Positions 13,901 through 28,900 of a stretch of DNA of 64,000 nt are shown here, piece after piece; positions within the stretch are counted from its first letter, which is position 1, and each line of letters starts with the position of its first letter. The notes below the pieces were generated by a model. That model searched no databases. It saw only the letters and a list, made by a program, of their open reading frames with translations, and was not told where the DNA came from. This stretch comes from Antedon mediterranea (lineage: Eukaryota; Animalia; Echinodermata). The stretch lies in NCBI RefSeq assembly GCF_964355755.1, contig NC_092673.1, forward strand, positions 26,719,648-26,783,647. Reading direction: 5' to 3'. A program made the position numbers and the translations under genes.

Positions 13901-16900
13901 TATTCATGTTTATTTTGTTATGTTTCATGAGGGGTTCCAAACTTATGTATGAAAAAAAATAACAAAATTATCATACCTGAATCAGGACTACATACAGTGG
14001 CGTGGTTGTTGCACTCGCATGGAACACATCTGGCAAAAGGATCACCATAAGGTGGGTCTCTGAAGTAGCCAACAGTACAGGATTCACAAGACTGACCAAC
14101 ATAACCTTGTGGGCAGGTACAAACCTCAACCTGATTTGCTGCATCTCTAGTAGTGAGGACGGATCGACGGACAGTGTCAAGCTTGACATTGTCCAATGTA
14201 CCAGAATTATCTAAGAAAAAAAAATCAGAGAATTTCAATGATGTGAACAGTGGAGTGGAGTTGTGGTTTGGTTGTTATGATGCTTATGGTTACCCTTGGC
14301 AATATATAAAAACAAAAACAAAAAACAAAACAAAATACAGTTACAATGCAATATACTATACATAAACAATTTTTTAATCTGTCCACATTAAATTGTATCC
14401 TTTACATGGTTTTAAAACACTCAAATGTTGAAGCATTAGGGAGCTCTAAGAAATCATAAACTACAGTAATACACTTCACATTGCTTAGCAAAACTGTGGC
14501 TGTGCATGGTGATATATAAAATGCATATAACCAGCAATACAGGATAAACATTTAACCAACCTTGAGTGCCGTATGTCGCACGAATTCGGATGCTTGTCAG
14601 GTTAGACATCATGCGCTGGAATCGGAAGGTGTCCAAGGTAGATGTCCATCCATATGATGGGCTCTCGTGCAACCTGAAAGAAAAGGTCTTAGGCTGCTAC
14701 AGTATCTGTGCCAGAAATCTTCTGACAAAGACATGTGTCACTTAAGCCACTTTAGTACAAGAGAAAAGATATGGGTTACCATATACAAGACATTTCAGCT
14801 TTGAAAGGGCTGAATAGGTATATATACAAAAGAAATTGTTCGCTTCTGGATGGACCATGACAAGTGGATTTTGTCTATGTTCCACAACCACCAGGGTCTG
14901 TTTAATTACTGTCCCTTTTTTCTAGAGCTCTGTCTACACTATGTGGCAAAAATGCTACCATATTTGGGCACATCACAGTGTAGACAGCTTTACATTTGGA
15001 AATGAAAGCTGGCTAAATGTATTCTTAAGGAAGAAGTAAACAGCACAAAGTTCATGAAAATTCTTTTAGCTGCCATTCCCCCACATGCTCCTCCCCACTA
15101 CTTTTAGCTGCCATTCCACCACATGCTCCTCCCCACTACTTTCAGCTGCCATTCCACCACATGCTCCTCCTCCCTTATACTTTCAGCTCCCATTCCACCA
15201 GATGCTCATCCACCCCACTAACCTGAAGCTGAAGGTAGTTGAACGCTGAGAAGGTTCAGCATAATCTTCAGTTCTCATTGGTGCAGTGACTCTATAACCA
15301 GCTCCTTCAATCACAAGATCCTCAGAAGATAGACGAACATCATCTTGATCAACACGGAGGTCAAAGGTCAAATATTGACCATACGAAAATATTTGGTCTC
15401 CAAGAAACTCAACTAAATAAGAATAAAAATAGAAGCATGATTTAAAAAAATTGTATTTGTTCTAAAGAATACACATTAAAGCTACTCCTTTGTGATATTC
15501 CTATTCAGGAGACACCCCTATCAAGGGGGTACTTTTCTCATGAAAAAGGAGAAGAAGGAGAAACATATGTTTTAACACACACTTCTATACAGGGGACATA
15601 AAAAATAATATCTTATACAGTAGAAAGGCTTCTTTGTGGTATCCCAATTCAGGACACTTTCCCATGAAAAAGACATAATAATAATAAAAAGTTTTACCAG
15701 AACACCCCTATTCTTGGAACAGATTGTTGGGTTCTGAAGTTTTCGCCTATAATTATGGACTTTATCGTATTTTAAGCACAAATATTCTTAAGACATTTCA
15801 AAATTATCAGAGAATAATAATAATATTAAAAACTATATAGTACATACACAAATTGGTGGTGATATTTTTGGTTGTCTCAACAAAACAGTAATGTTTACAG
15901 AAACCTTTACTTACATGGAGCTTGAAAGTAGTAAAAGTTATTGGTGTCTGCGTATAGTCCAATATTTCCACGGATAGAGTTGAAATTGATTGGTTGCTCA
16001 TTTCCACCTCGGTCAACTCCTGTCCAACCAGCGCGATCTAGAAGATTTAATATAAATGAGAATAAAGTCACTATTTTAGAAAACTATGCATGTGTAAATG
16101 CAAGCAGAATAACTTGTGCTGCTGTCTAAGCAAGACAAACATGGCGACCATCATTCTCAAATATTCTCCTAATCCTTTAATTTACATTGATTACATCAGG
16201 TCAATGATCTGTGGAGTGTTAAAATATCATTTTTTGTCCAAGGCAAATTCCTTACCTAAAGTGAATCTACTTTCTATTTTAGAGTTTTCATAGCCTGGTA
16301 TAGATGTACAGTCAGAGGAATGGCCATGACAGAAGCAGGCTAGACATCCAAACTCATCAGAGCCTTGTAGGTTGAAGAATCCTGGCTTGCACCTAAAAAA
16401 ACATTTAACGATATCAGTGAAATTTGTCTAAATTGTTTTTGGTATAAACTACTAGTGTCCCAGACTCACTAAGGCGTAGGATTATGGTTCCATTTGATAC
16501 TTCTTTTCAGTGGTTTTGATTTCTTGAACTACATTCACATTTTTCTGTCTCATGGAATGGCAGACTGCATCGTTCATTAAATAATAAAAAATAGACATCT
16601 TCCGTTCTGTGGGAATGTAGTTTTAATTACATACATGAAGAAACATTAACACTATTGCCATTTAACAACCATCCACAACTATAAAATCATCAGTTTACAT
16701 TGTTTTCATTCAGTTAGAAGAATTATTACTTTAACTTTACTTTTGTTTTATAAGTGTCATCTGAAACTACAGTACTTTCTGGGTTTGCATAAAGTACATG
16801 TTTTAATGTGTTACTGTTACCACTTCTTGAATTTATAGCTGTAGTGAACTCTGACCTAGTAAACCTCACCTGTCACAGTTGCGACCTTCGACATTCTGCT

Positions 16901-19900
16901 TACAGGAGCAGTCACCTGAATTAGAATTACAATCTTCCTGGTTGCCCAGGCTACCATCTCCATAACAATTACAAGCCCTGTAAACAATGGCAATGAAAAT
17001 AAACAAATAATTGAATTGCAAAAAAAACTATCTTCGTCATTGTTGAATCTTGATTATTTATATAAACCATATAAAGTTCCAATGAAGTTTGATATATCAG
17101 AGTACTGTAAAAAGCAAGCCAAAAATATTTCTTTATGAAAAGTATTAATTAAAGATAATATATTTGCCCTCTGAAAAAATAATTTTTGTTGAGTATGCCA
17201 TTTCAATGTCACATAATAGAATAAATAAATAATAAAAGCAACAAATAGTCAAATTGGCTGCCAGCCAATGGGTTTTTGGTTGAATTTAACCATTTATTTT
17301 ATAAGTAGAAATGCATTTTGTTTTTTTTTCTATGCAAGTGATAAACTTTATTAACACTACAAAATAACCTAAGTCTGATAAAATTTTCTTTTTTCATGTT
17401 TCTTGGGGACAATACACCATTAAAGGATGATTGTAGAATTAATTATATTGTTGATATTATCAACTATTGATACCTGCATCCTGTGATTCCAAAGTCATAG
17501 TAATTAGGCAAGCACTGGTCACACCTAAGACCACCCACACCAGGTTTACATACACACTGACCATTAGATGAACATTGTAAATTGAGTGACCCTATAAAGA
17601 ACAGATAATATAAATAAACAACCTTAGCCAAATGATAATAATACTACAATTCACTACAGTTGGGTTCATATCGAACTTAGGGCGAGATAAGTACTGATCT
17701 AGTTAAATTTTACGAGAGCGGTAATTCAATTAAATTCATTAAATTGCGTTCGACGGCTCATGTTAGGGCGAGATAACTTAAGCATCACATGCTCGCGACC
17801 CCGCCGACACAAACAGGAAGTACAGTTGAACAGGTTAGGGCACTTTATTGTGGGCTATTCCTTGTGTGTATACGCACCCATTCTACCACCTTCTTCTTTT
17901 TCGAGTACTGCTTAACGATCCGTCGACACAATGCTTCCTCAGTTATTATTATTATCGGGGTTTTTACCTATATTTTTACAAATGATTAATGATGACACGA
18001 CACTGAACTAGATGAAGGTACTGCTTTGCTGCTGTTTGCGTTAGTTGAGTTCGTTTCTAGCTGCATGGAATCCCAGCGAATGATGCGACAACAACGACGG
18101 CTCAGATACCTACGATATGCCGAGGAACAGCGCGAACTTGGGGAGATCATGTTTCTTTTACATACAAGCCTAGATGTAACATTTTTTGTCTTCGCTTTTA
18201 CTTTTTCGGACATGATGAATGCGGTACAGATGTATTGAAATAAGTTTTAAAATAGTAATATGACAGATCGTCGCTCTCGGTTAACATGTGGTTCAGAAAT
18301 AAAGCTAATTTGTTGTTTATATGTCAAAGTTGAAATTTGCTTTAATCTGATTGGTGTATTGGTGACCTCAAATTCTGAATGCCTCATGCTGTGTTAATTA
18401 CCTTAATCGTTTTCTAGCTTTACCAGTGGATTTACTATTCAGTCGAGGCGATGGCCTTGACTGACCGTAGTCGAGGAAATTCCTTCATCTCGCCCTAATA
18501 ATTCGTTCACATCAAAGTTATGGCGACATCATCTCGTTAATCTAGTAAATTTATCTCGCCCTAAGTTCGATATGAACGGGCCTAATAATACTACAATTCA
18601 CTCTGGTTAACATTTCACTTTAACCAATGGCACACATTCAATATGAATTGTCACTGTCCATCATCATTAATATTATCGTTTCTATCGCACCTTTACCAAG
18701 ATCAACATAATCCATAAGAACCAATCAGTAACAATGCTTTGCTTAATTTGTAAATTTTTTGTTGAATATGCCATCTTGATATCATATTATAGTTTTTTTA
18801 ACCAAAAATTAGATAAAGAAAAATTTATTATTTACCTGAAAATACTGTAATATTTTTTTTGTTTAAAGTTTATAACTGAAAACATTATTTTGTCAGGTTT
18901 TTTTCTACGGAAATGATTAACTTTGTTAAAACTACAAAATAGCACATTTAAAGTCTGATTTTATTAAAATCTTCATTGTTCATGTTTTTTAGGGACAATA
19001 CAATTTTATTTTATTTATTCATGGTCAAACAGTAACATATAGAACATAGCTTGAAATTATTTTCATTAAAAATTCACATAATAATAGAGTTAAAAAGGTT
19101 ACAATTTGGTAAAACACAGATAAAATATAATGATATACTTTAAATTATCCCTTACCCACAAGATTACAGTCGCACAGTCTGCACGGCTCTGAAAGCGACG
19201 ATCGGTAATAATTTTCCCTACATCTGTCGCATTTAGGTCCAGCTGTATTCTGTGTGCAGTCGACGCAAAATCCTCCGTAACCGGTTCTGTCATACAAATC
19301 TTGATTGAACATACAACGGTTCGAGAAACCATTACAGTCGCATACTGAAATAAAACAGTAAATTTTAATAAGAAAATACAACAAGTTTATTTTCATATTA
19401 AATTGGCAAGCATCATCCATACAGTTTTCCTTTTACAGCAATCAAGACAAAGTTTTATCAGTCTGTATATCTTTTGGTTTTTGGTAAATTATTTAAATGA
19501 GCTGAGGTCTTGACAATTTTCAACGTAACTTACAATTCCAGCGCTCGTTATGCCAATACCAGTAACCGTTGGCAACAGAAACAAGCAACAAGACGATTAA
19601 AGACTTAGTTTTTATATAAGTAAATGGAGCCATGTCTTATTGTGAATGCTCCTTATTACAAAGTCCACAAATCGTTGAAGTAAATCTTCTATCAATCTAT
19701 GCGATGGAGATACTTTATGCAACTATTACAATCCTGTTATACAAAAGATTACTTCCGAATGAAGTATTATAAACTGCGATATCTCTTGAAAAACGTTCCA
19801 CTACTATTTGGTATTCTCTGGAAAAAAACTAAAAATCAAACTAGATATAGCTTCTTGATTCAAATGAAAAGAAAATGTAAAAATAACAGATAGTCAGAAC

Positions 19901-22900
19901 AGTTTCAGAACAAAATACAGTATTGAGAAATTTACACAGTGAAGTACAGCAATATCTTTATTTTTCCAATCAAAACCGTAACGAAAGTTTATCCAATTTT
20001 TTTTTACGAATAATCCAAATTATTTTCCTCTGTAATCTGAATGTGAATGTCTTCAATGCTCGGCTAATAAAATGAAATATCAAAACAGAAATGCAAGTAC
20101 TCCAGGTTAAAAATGTGTGTTACCAAAATTTAAATCAAGCAATATTTGAAATATAATACAAAGTTCCTTATAATTAGGTTTCCTTCAAATACTTAAATTA
20201 CTCCCTTTTTAATTGGAAATTTAATAACATTTCAAACTTGGCAAGTAGTAATTTATTATTCAATGAGAAAGGAAAAATCTAGACAGAATCCAATACAATA
20301 CATCAATATCTGAAACAAATGACTTAGCAAATATAATAGTTAGCCTGTTTCCAAGTCTAATATGAAACTTTCCTTGTTAAAACATCCAATTTTTTAAATA
20401 CTGTAGAAAGCAAGTAACCAAAATCCAACAAATTTAGACAGCATGCAACTTTCACAGCTGCAAAGTTAATGCAGTTTTCTCAACATTGATGTAGAATATG
20501 TTCTTGTTGTAAGATTATAGAAATGTTCTTGCTGAAGATTATTGTAATTACAGCATTCTTAGTTTTAATTCCAACCATTAAATTTAATCTCAATAGCATC
20601 AACAAATCTTGAAGAAATTACTGGATAAGAAAGTTAAAGCAGTTTTCCACTTTTTTCAATGAAAATGTTCACAAATCTAGTAAAGTCTAAAACTGGTATA
20701 ATACACTTGTATGCTGTTAAGCGTCTCCAACGCTTTCTTCAAATGCATCCGAAACTTAGCTAGTATGGAGGTACAAGCTAAGTAAGATGCCTTATCAGTC
20801 ACTCATTATAGTCTCATCAGGGTACCTAATGGTCAAATGGTCAATTAGAATCTTGTGTCTGTACCTAGCAACCAAATGGTAACTAAATACACAAAACAGA
20901 AATAATGTAAACAATGTAAAAATTTACCTGGTTTTTATGAATTAATATAACACTTCATAAATTCAGATGTTGATACTAGAATACAGTTTTGTTGTTATTT
21001 ATTATTTTTAGTAGATTCTGTACAATGTGATCCATGCTTTTATACAGATCAGCGTTAGCCTTTGGCTTTAATAATATTTTAAGAAATAGTTTACTATGGG
21101 AATAAATGATACTGTACCAAAAATTAAACATGCCTTTGGCAAAATGATTTATATATTAAAATTTGTTTAAAAAAATAATATTATATAGGTCATAGGCCAT
21201 TACCGCCATACCTCTTGTTTTTTGAAAACATAATGTGGTAACTTTGATGTACAAAGTTTAAAATGTTACTTATGAGCTAAGCTGCTTGGAATGCAGTGCC
21301 TAGCCATGGATTAACACATTAAAGGTGATGATAGTGTTTACAACCAGTTGATTTATCACCCTAGTGAACCCACTGGTAATATGACTTCACAGTCTGCAAA
21401 GAAGCTCATAGAGGGCAGCAAATTAAGAAAATACTGTGCATCACAATTCTGCTATGAAAAATGGTTTGTTGAGACCACCAACTTCCTCAGGAAGCCCAAT
21501 TCAGACTGTGTTTGACTATTCAAATATCAGAAAAACTAACCATGCGGTAGTACTAAAGCTGTGTCTATCAAACTTTATGTGACAAAAAAAATGTGATGTG
21601 GCCATTCAATCAATGTATGGACATAATGATGTAATATCACTACCATATTTAAACATCTATCACTACCATATTTGGGTTAAGTCACACTTTGTCAAACTAG
21701 TGTGATAGTATAGACAGAGCTTGAATGATTGTTATTAAATGTGAAAGCGGTTTAAACTGAAAATTAAACTGTGCTATCTCAAAAAAAGTCCACAATTCTA
21801 AAAAAGCTCAGTTGTGATTAAAACAAACTTTTGTTGAGAAACTTGAAATCATAATCCTTGGGAAAATATTATTGTTACTAAAAAAAAAACCTATCTGATC
21901 AAATCACTTCCTGTTGTAAATGACAATGTTCACCTTTCTTTTCAATTGACTGAACCCACTGTCTACTTTACTAGGGCTGAGGAAGGAAACTGTAACCCAA
22001 GAAGTAATAATGGATAAACATTAAAATGGGAGTAATGGATTGGTTCCCTGTCTATTGGTACAAGTCTCATAATTTAATATAGATACCTTACTGTCTAATA
22101 CCCTATAAGGTACGAGACCTAGGTGAATAGTAAGTGAATATATTAATTTATAAACCCTTTCTACTTAACTGGGCACAATGGATTGGTTCCCTGTCTATTG
22201 GTACAAGTCTCATACTTTAGTATAGATACCTTACTGTCTAATACCCTATAAGGTACGAGACCTAGGTGAATAGTAAGTGAATATATTAATTTATAAACCC
22301 TTTCTACTTAACTGGGCACAATGGATTGGTTCCCTGTCTATTGGTGCAAGTCTCATAATTTACGTAGATATCTTACTGTCTAATACCCTATAAGGTACGA
22401 GACCTAGGTGAATAGTAAGTGAATAAATTAATTTATAAACCCTTTCTACTTAACGTTCACAGTGACATGTTTAGAAAAGTTTATATTTACAATACACTAT
22501 AGATAAACAATGCAAATATTGTACAATGCTTAAATAGCCAAAAGTTCATACGGAGGTCACATTGAAAAGATTTTAACTTACACAATGTTCACTATTTATT
22601 TACTGTAGAGTACTACAGAATGTCAAAGGGCCATTATATGGGATCTAATCAGGGCGAAATTAGGGATGCTACGGCAATTGAGAATGGGCATTACCAAATT
22701 AATAAATTCACAAACATAACAATTATAACAGAGAGCCTGCTCATCATCATTTACCACATAATTTTAATAAAACAGATTTAACGTCAACAAATTGAACAGA
22801 AAATTCAATTAGTATTTTGTATTATACAAGTATGTCTTACTATTAGTGTATTGTTCTTAAGGAGAGTTTAATCAACTTTATCCCCAGACTCCCAGTGGAA

Positions 22901-25900
22901 AAGATAAACAAATAAAGATAAACAAAATATACACAGAATGTTTATACTGAAATGTGTCTAGACAAAAAGTTGGTTTCCTAAATGACAGCATCTATATGAT
23001 GAGACAACAACAGTGACACTTAATATCTAAATTGTGGCATCTAATACCAACAGAAAACAAAATAATTGCTACTTCATTAAAAATAATTTTTGCACCAGAC
23101 TAAACACTAGTTAGCAGAATATTTGGTATTTTCATTTTTAACTAATCTACTAAGATATATAATTGTTTACATGCAACCACTAAAACCTCAAAGTAATTAT
23201 TAAGATTGAGGATGAAAAAATTTGTTTACACCAAAGTTTTTATTCACTACATGGTTTGTCTGTTGGACACTTTTAGTCATGGATAGTCTCCAAAAACAAA
23301 ATACTATTTGAATCAAAGATCTACAGTAACTCATCGCCAGTGGCAATGTAGCTTAGTGGGCGATAGCTCCTTACAAAATTGAGGTCCTGGGTTTAAATCC
23401 TAGCTACCCAAAGAATTGTATTGTTCCCATCGCTAATGCACCAATAAACGTAAACCAAACAGCATAGGAGGAGACATCAATACATCATGCAATTGGTAAT
23501 CAATGTATGATCATTTCATTTCAATTTAAAGAAGCCTAAATTCATCAATTTGTATAATGTACATCACCTTTATTGGGGACAAGGGTTAGGTCAGAAGCTT
23601 TATTTACAATCGTCTTTACTCACCATTGCCTAGAGATTTGAGAGAGGGAGGGAGAAGAATTAATACAACAGCCAAAATGATCAGGCTGTTGAATATAGTT
23701 TACTTACTTTCACACTCGTGTGCATCAGCTGCAGTAGCCGGCCCCCAAGGCTTATTGTTGTAGAAGGGTTTACACTGTTCACAGTCAGCACCAGCGGTGT
23801 TGTGACTACACACGCATACCATCCTCTCATCACCATTCTCGGCAGTGCTCATCTTGCATTGATTCGCATGGCCATTACATTTACATCTAAAACAAAAATC
23901 ATACCATTTTTTATATATAATTGAAAGCTTCAATTATCTTCAAAAACCATATCAATTTGATCTCTGCTGTGGCTGTGTACAATTGAGAACTTCTGTTAAT
24001 GTTCTGCCATAACTACGTCCATGATGATAAAATTATTATTCAAATGAAATGGTCACGCCCATGATGATGAAATGTTGATAAAAATAACCATATGGTAAAA
24101 AGTAACAGTCTAATGACATCAATTTTTATTCAAGTGCTGACATTTTTCTGATCTTTACAGTTTTTACAATCACATTATAAGTGATTGGTTTAACTTTCTA
24201 ACAAGACTTAGCTGTATAAACGCACAAGGAAAAGACCCCTGGTTTAGCACTTCTAAGGGCCCTCCAACAGTACGGTTGGGAAGGTTTCAAACCTGACCAT
24301 TTTCACAGAGGCCTAGTGGCTTGGAAAGAGATTGCCCCTTTTCTTGCGAGAACCGCACCACTTTATTTCCTGTGGCTAAAGTACATCACTGTGCATTAGG
24401 GGCGTTCACGCTAGAATGGAGCCCTTTGGTGCAAATGGGTTTAGCCAGTGAGAGCTCATAGCAATTACCGTAGATCTAACACTACAAAGCATAAGCAGGA
24501 AACATTTGAGAGAATCCTACAAGACGTTAATGTAGTCAGTAGGAAACAAATCAAATTGCCAGTACGTTTTAGGTGGACCTGGAATTTGATAAAAACAAGA
24601 CAGAAATGCTGAACAAACCTTGCACCAACGGAAAAGTCAGAGATGGCATAATAGTAAGATCTTAGCACATTTGGCGCATTAAACACTTCATCTCCGAATG
24701 TGTTGAGTCGGTTCAGAGTTATTCTAATGTCAGTGGCTGTCACCCATTCCTATATAAAAGAAAAATAAAGGGGGTTATTGTCATTAGGGCCGGTTGCAAA
24801 TGTTTTATGTTATAAACAAGTCATTTTAAACCCAGAGATATTGTACAGTACCCATAACATAATACATTACAACTTATTTCATGGGGACACACCAATTCAG
24901 GGGACATTCCTTTTAAAAGGGATACTTTCCCGTGAACAACAGAAAGTGTGTTTTAATGCAGCCAACACTTTTTCAGGGGACACTTATTTCCTGTCCTGTC
25001 CTGAATGTGTCCCTACTCTTTATGCACAATTATAGTAATTATGGAGAGTATGAAAAATAGTACAGTAGGAGATACAGAATTGTACAAACATGTGAGAGGC
25101 ATGGGTTCGAGTCCTGTGTGTGCTATCCTGTGACAATATTACGTTTTCTCATCCTTCAAATAGGACATACAGCTGTTGGTCCAATACATACATTGAATAT
25201 GTGCACAATTATTTCCCAAAGGTACCTGTACTGTAAATTGTACTATTTTTTTTATTAATTTACTAGAACCCCCAAGAAGAACATTGTTTAATTGTATTTT
25301 TATAAACTACATGATCACAATCATTGTTATTGTTAGTATCATAGCCTGGACCATCATCAATCCATTTTGTATATTGATACTACCTACATAATCCTGTGAG
25401 TGGGTGTCAACAGTAGGTGTCCATGTGGGTGAACGTTTAAAGAGACTTCAGGAAACCATACTTGCAAACATTATTTTTCTATGGGCCTGTTTCTGCTGCA
25501 CAACGGCAATTAACACCAATTTATTTAAGAATCAACCGCATTTCTGCTAAGTTTGTACTCCCAAATAATCACTTATCAATGCGTGGTAGACGAATAAACA
25601 GACATTTAAAAATCTTGGGGTAATGTATTCATACAATTATAAAATAAGCCCAAGGTGCAAAACGTTCCAAATGTGATACGAAAATCCTCATCTGTTATAC
25701 AGATGTGCAAAGTTGTGATTTTGAACTTACACCATGATAACACAAGTACTGCTAATGTGTGCAACTGGGTGTCATAATTGCTTTAACTAATCGCAAGTTT
25801 AGTCATATCGTTGTTGTCAACATTGATAGTTATTTTCAACCCATTGTAGGATAAAGGCCCCTCCTAAGTAATGACTTGATAACTTTACATTTTGTGCTGT

Positions 25901-28900
25901 TCGCGTCAATGTTACAAATTGCTATATGTAATTCATCGGGTATAAGGCTGTATTTTATTTTCTGTGAAGTTAATTACTATACCTGTAATACTGGACTTTG
26001 GTCAAAAGCGGTTCTGCTAGGTCTACCTTGCAGCGTACTGAACGCCACATTACCTCCAGTGAGTGGCGAGATGTTACTATACTCATCAGTACATATAGCC
26101 TTATCCTCCATTTCATATGTAATATACTCCTTTAATGGTAGGTTATACATTGTCAGACAGTCGCCACTATAATACTGGTAAGGTGTCCAATCGGAATCGG
26201 AAGTTGTACGCTTGTAGATGGCAAACGACTCCGGTCGACTTGTGTGGAATTTCAGTCTAACAAATGTAATATCAAAAGATTTTCCTGAAAAATAGAGAAA
26301 TCAAGAGTGTAAATTATAAAGAAAAAATCTGAAAGTATCATATAATTTGGAAACAATATTTTCAGCATAAAAAGAAAATATTTTCTTCAATGAAAATACC
26401 AAACCGCTCAAATATGTTATCAGACTATTTATTACATACTTGACCCAATTCCAGGTGATAATTCCCAGGTGGGGTAGGTGGGGCACTTGCAGGAAAGTAG
26501 GTCAAACTGTATAAACAATAAACAATTTTTCTAGTTTTCATGTGTCTGTTGTGTAGAAAATAGATTTTTAGTTGGTCTTTTATTGAAACATTATAAGGGT
26601 TTGGAGATCTTTTATTTTATTTGAATGATTATTTGAATGGAGGGAAATTTAATTGGAGTGGATGGGTTTATTTTAGTAGACAGTCTAATAATCAAACGTA
26701 CAGTTAATGTAGTTTGTGGGTTTTATAATAGCTAAATTCCTAATTGTAGAATCCAGACATTTTTGTATGCTGTATAAATCTTTTTAAACTATTTATAAAT
26801 ATACATTTTTTATCTTGAATGTTTTTCTGCTTTCAATGTTAAATTTTTCAAGTTTGATACCAATTTTTTTCATGAACAAATGTATTATTGAATTTTGCAT
26901 TAACACACAGAATTGACTAATGACGTAATCAATCTTAAGTTACCACAGACTGAAACTAGAATCTGGTAAATAATAGGCTGAGATAACAGTACAGATATGC
27001 TGATATTAATACACCTAAAATTCCATTAGCAAGGTGTAATGCCTAAGCTTATAATAAGCTTCCAAGTTCTGTACATACAGAATTTCAAAGGCCAACTCGG
27101 GGTTAAAATTGTCATTGTTTTCAGAAAACGCCACCTTCATACTAAAAAACAAGCAGATAAAATGAATAATTTTTTAGGATGAAATTGCGGACAAAAAAAA
27201 ATTTGAGGCTCAAATTGCCAAAAAAAGAATATATTTTGAGGCCCAAATTGCCAAACAAAATAAATAAGTAAACAACAGAGGGTGAAGAAAAATTTACAGA
27301 TTCTGTGAAAATGATATTGTCATTTTTTCAACAAGAAATCTGAATGAAAATTATTTCTTTTTTTAGTCTTATATATTGTTTCTACCACAAATGTCTGACA
27401 GTGGTAAATCAAACCTATTGTAAACCAGTCTGAACAGTGTCAGTGTCAAAACATTTAGGTCGCTGGTAGAAGCAGGGAAAGCAGTGTGAGACCGATTGCA
27501 TGCGTGTGGAATGCAGCCTTAGAACAAACTGCCTGCAGAAAGCCAGTTACAGAGGGCGCACCATGAAACCAGCATGAAACTTGGTTGAATCATCGGCCAG
27601 ATCAACATGTTTCGACCGCACAACACATTGCTCTAATTATCAATTCACAACCGACAATATGCCAGTGGCTTTTACAGACTTTTTGGAAAAAAAGTTCTAT
27701 ATTTCAGCATTTGTTGCACCTAGTGCCGATACAAAGAAAAGATTAAACAGTCACACTTTATTTAATTCATTGTATAGGAATTCCAATATTTATTTAATTT
27801 TAGTATGAATAAAAGGCATCATGTTTTAAAAGTATATGAATAAATTCATTATATTAAAATATATTTTTAGTAACGTACAACAGTTTGATTTGGTACAAAG
27901 TTATTCAATTTTTATAGTTTTTAGCATATTTTCATTCTTGTCCAATTGAACAAATTGATATGTAATAATATTGTTACAAATTTGAATTTACCTTTTATCA
28001 AATAATGTACAGTCATGTTATCAATCATATACAGTAAAAGCACTATATGCTTAATGTTTACTTTCTATCCTATCGTTTATAATCTAAATTTGTCAGTTTT
28101 AATCAATCATGCATTTACTATGTATTTTCAAATGAGTACCGTACAAGAGTCAATCCCTTTTAACAATAGGTTCAATTATTATCTTTAATCTAGCATTTCA
28201 TACTGTTGCCTTCATGCATCAAAGACTAATGAATATTACTATTTTGTCTTAGCAGTTTCCGTAGCAAGTTATTCTTACAGGCATTAACATTGGATTTTAC
28301 CCAACCTTGAATAAGGTGTTTGTTTTAGGGTGGATGTTTTTCCTTCTTTCCACTTTGGCGATTCAAACATTTATATATATACAGTACAGGAAATTTGTTA
28401 TATTGGTGAAAATAAGGGGGTGGGGTTGAGAATGTTCACTTCCACAATTTTTAATTAAATAATGATCACACATTGTCATAGTTAAAGATATTGTCCCCCT
28501 AAAAATCAGTGTTCTCCCCAGGCCTTTGAAGCGTCACGGTACCGTGACGCTTGGGTTCTCTACCGTGACGCTTTACGGTCGGCCGTGACGCTTAAAACCT
28601 TATCCGTGACGCTTAAAAATATCAACCACAACAATCTAAAAATAGATTAACAGGCAGGTACGGTACTTTCTCTAGAGCTGAGGCGCGGCATGCATAAAGA
28701 GCCTAATGCATACGAGACACGTGACATGACCACTAGACGAAAAACAAAAGACTGGGTAACAAAGTGTTAAACAACTGAGACTCGCTTTCACCGGCCGCCG
28801 CCGAGAGATGTAAACACGTGTTTTGTTACTGCCATGTCTCTCTTTCGATCTCTAGTATTTGGCTGTTGTCTAAAATGTAGTAACTTGTATATTGTAAATG

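Noticed and set aside
23341-23408. Functional tRNA gene (also ~46975-47035 and ~13775-13840)
   Set aside because: A/B boxes are degenerate and stems do not pair; better explained as SINE heads.
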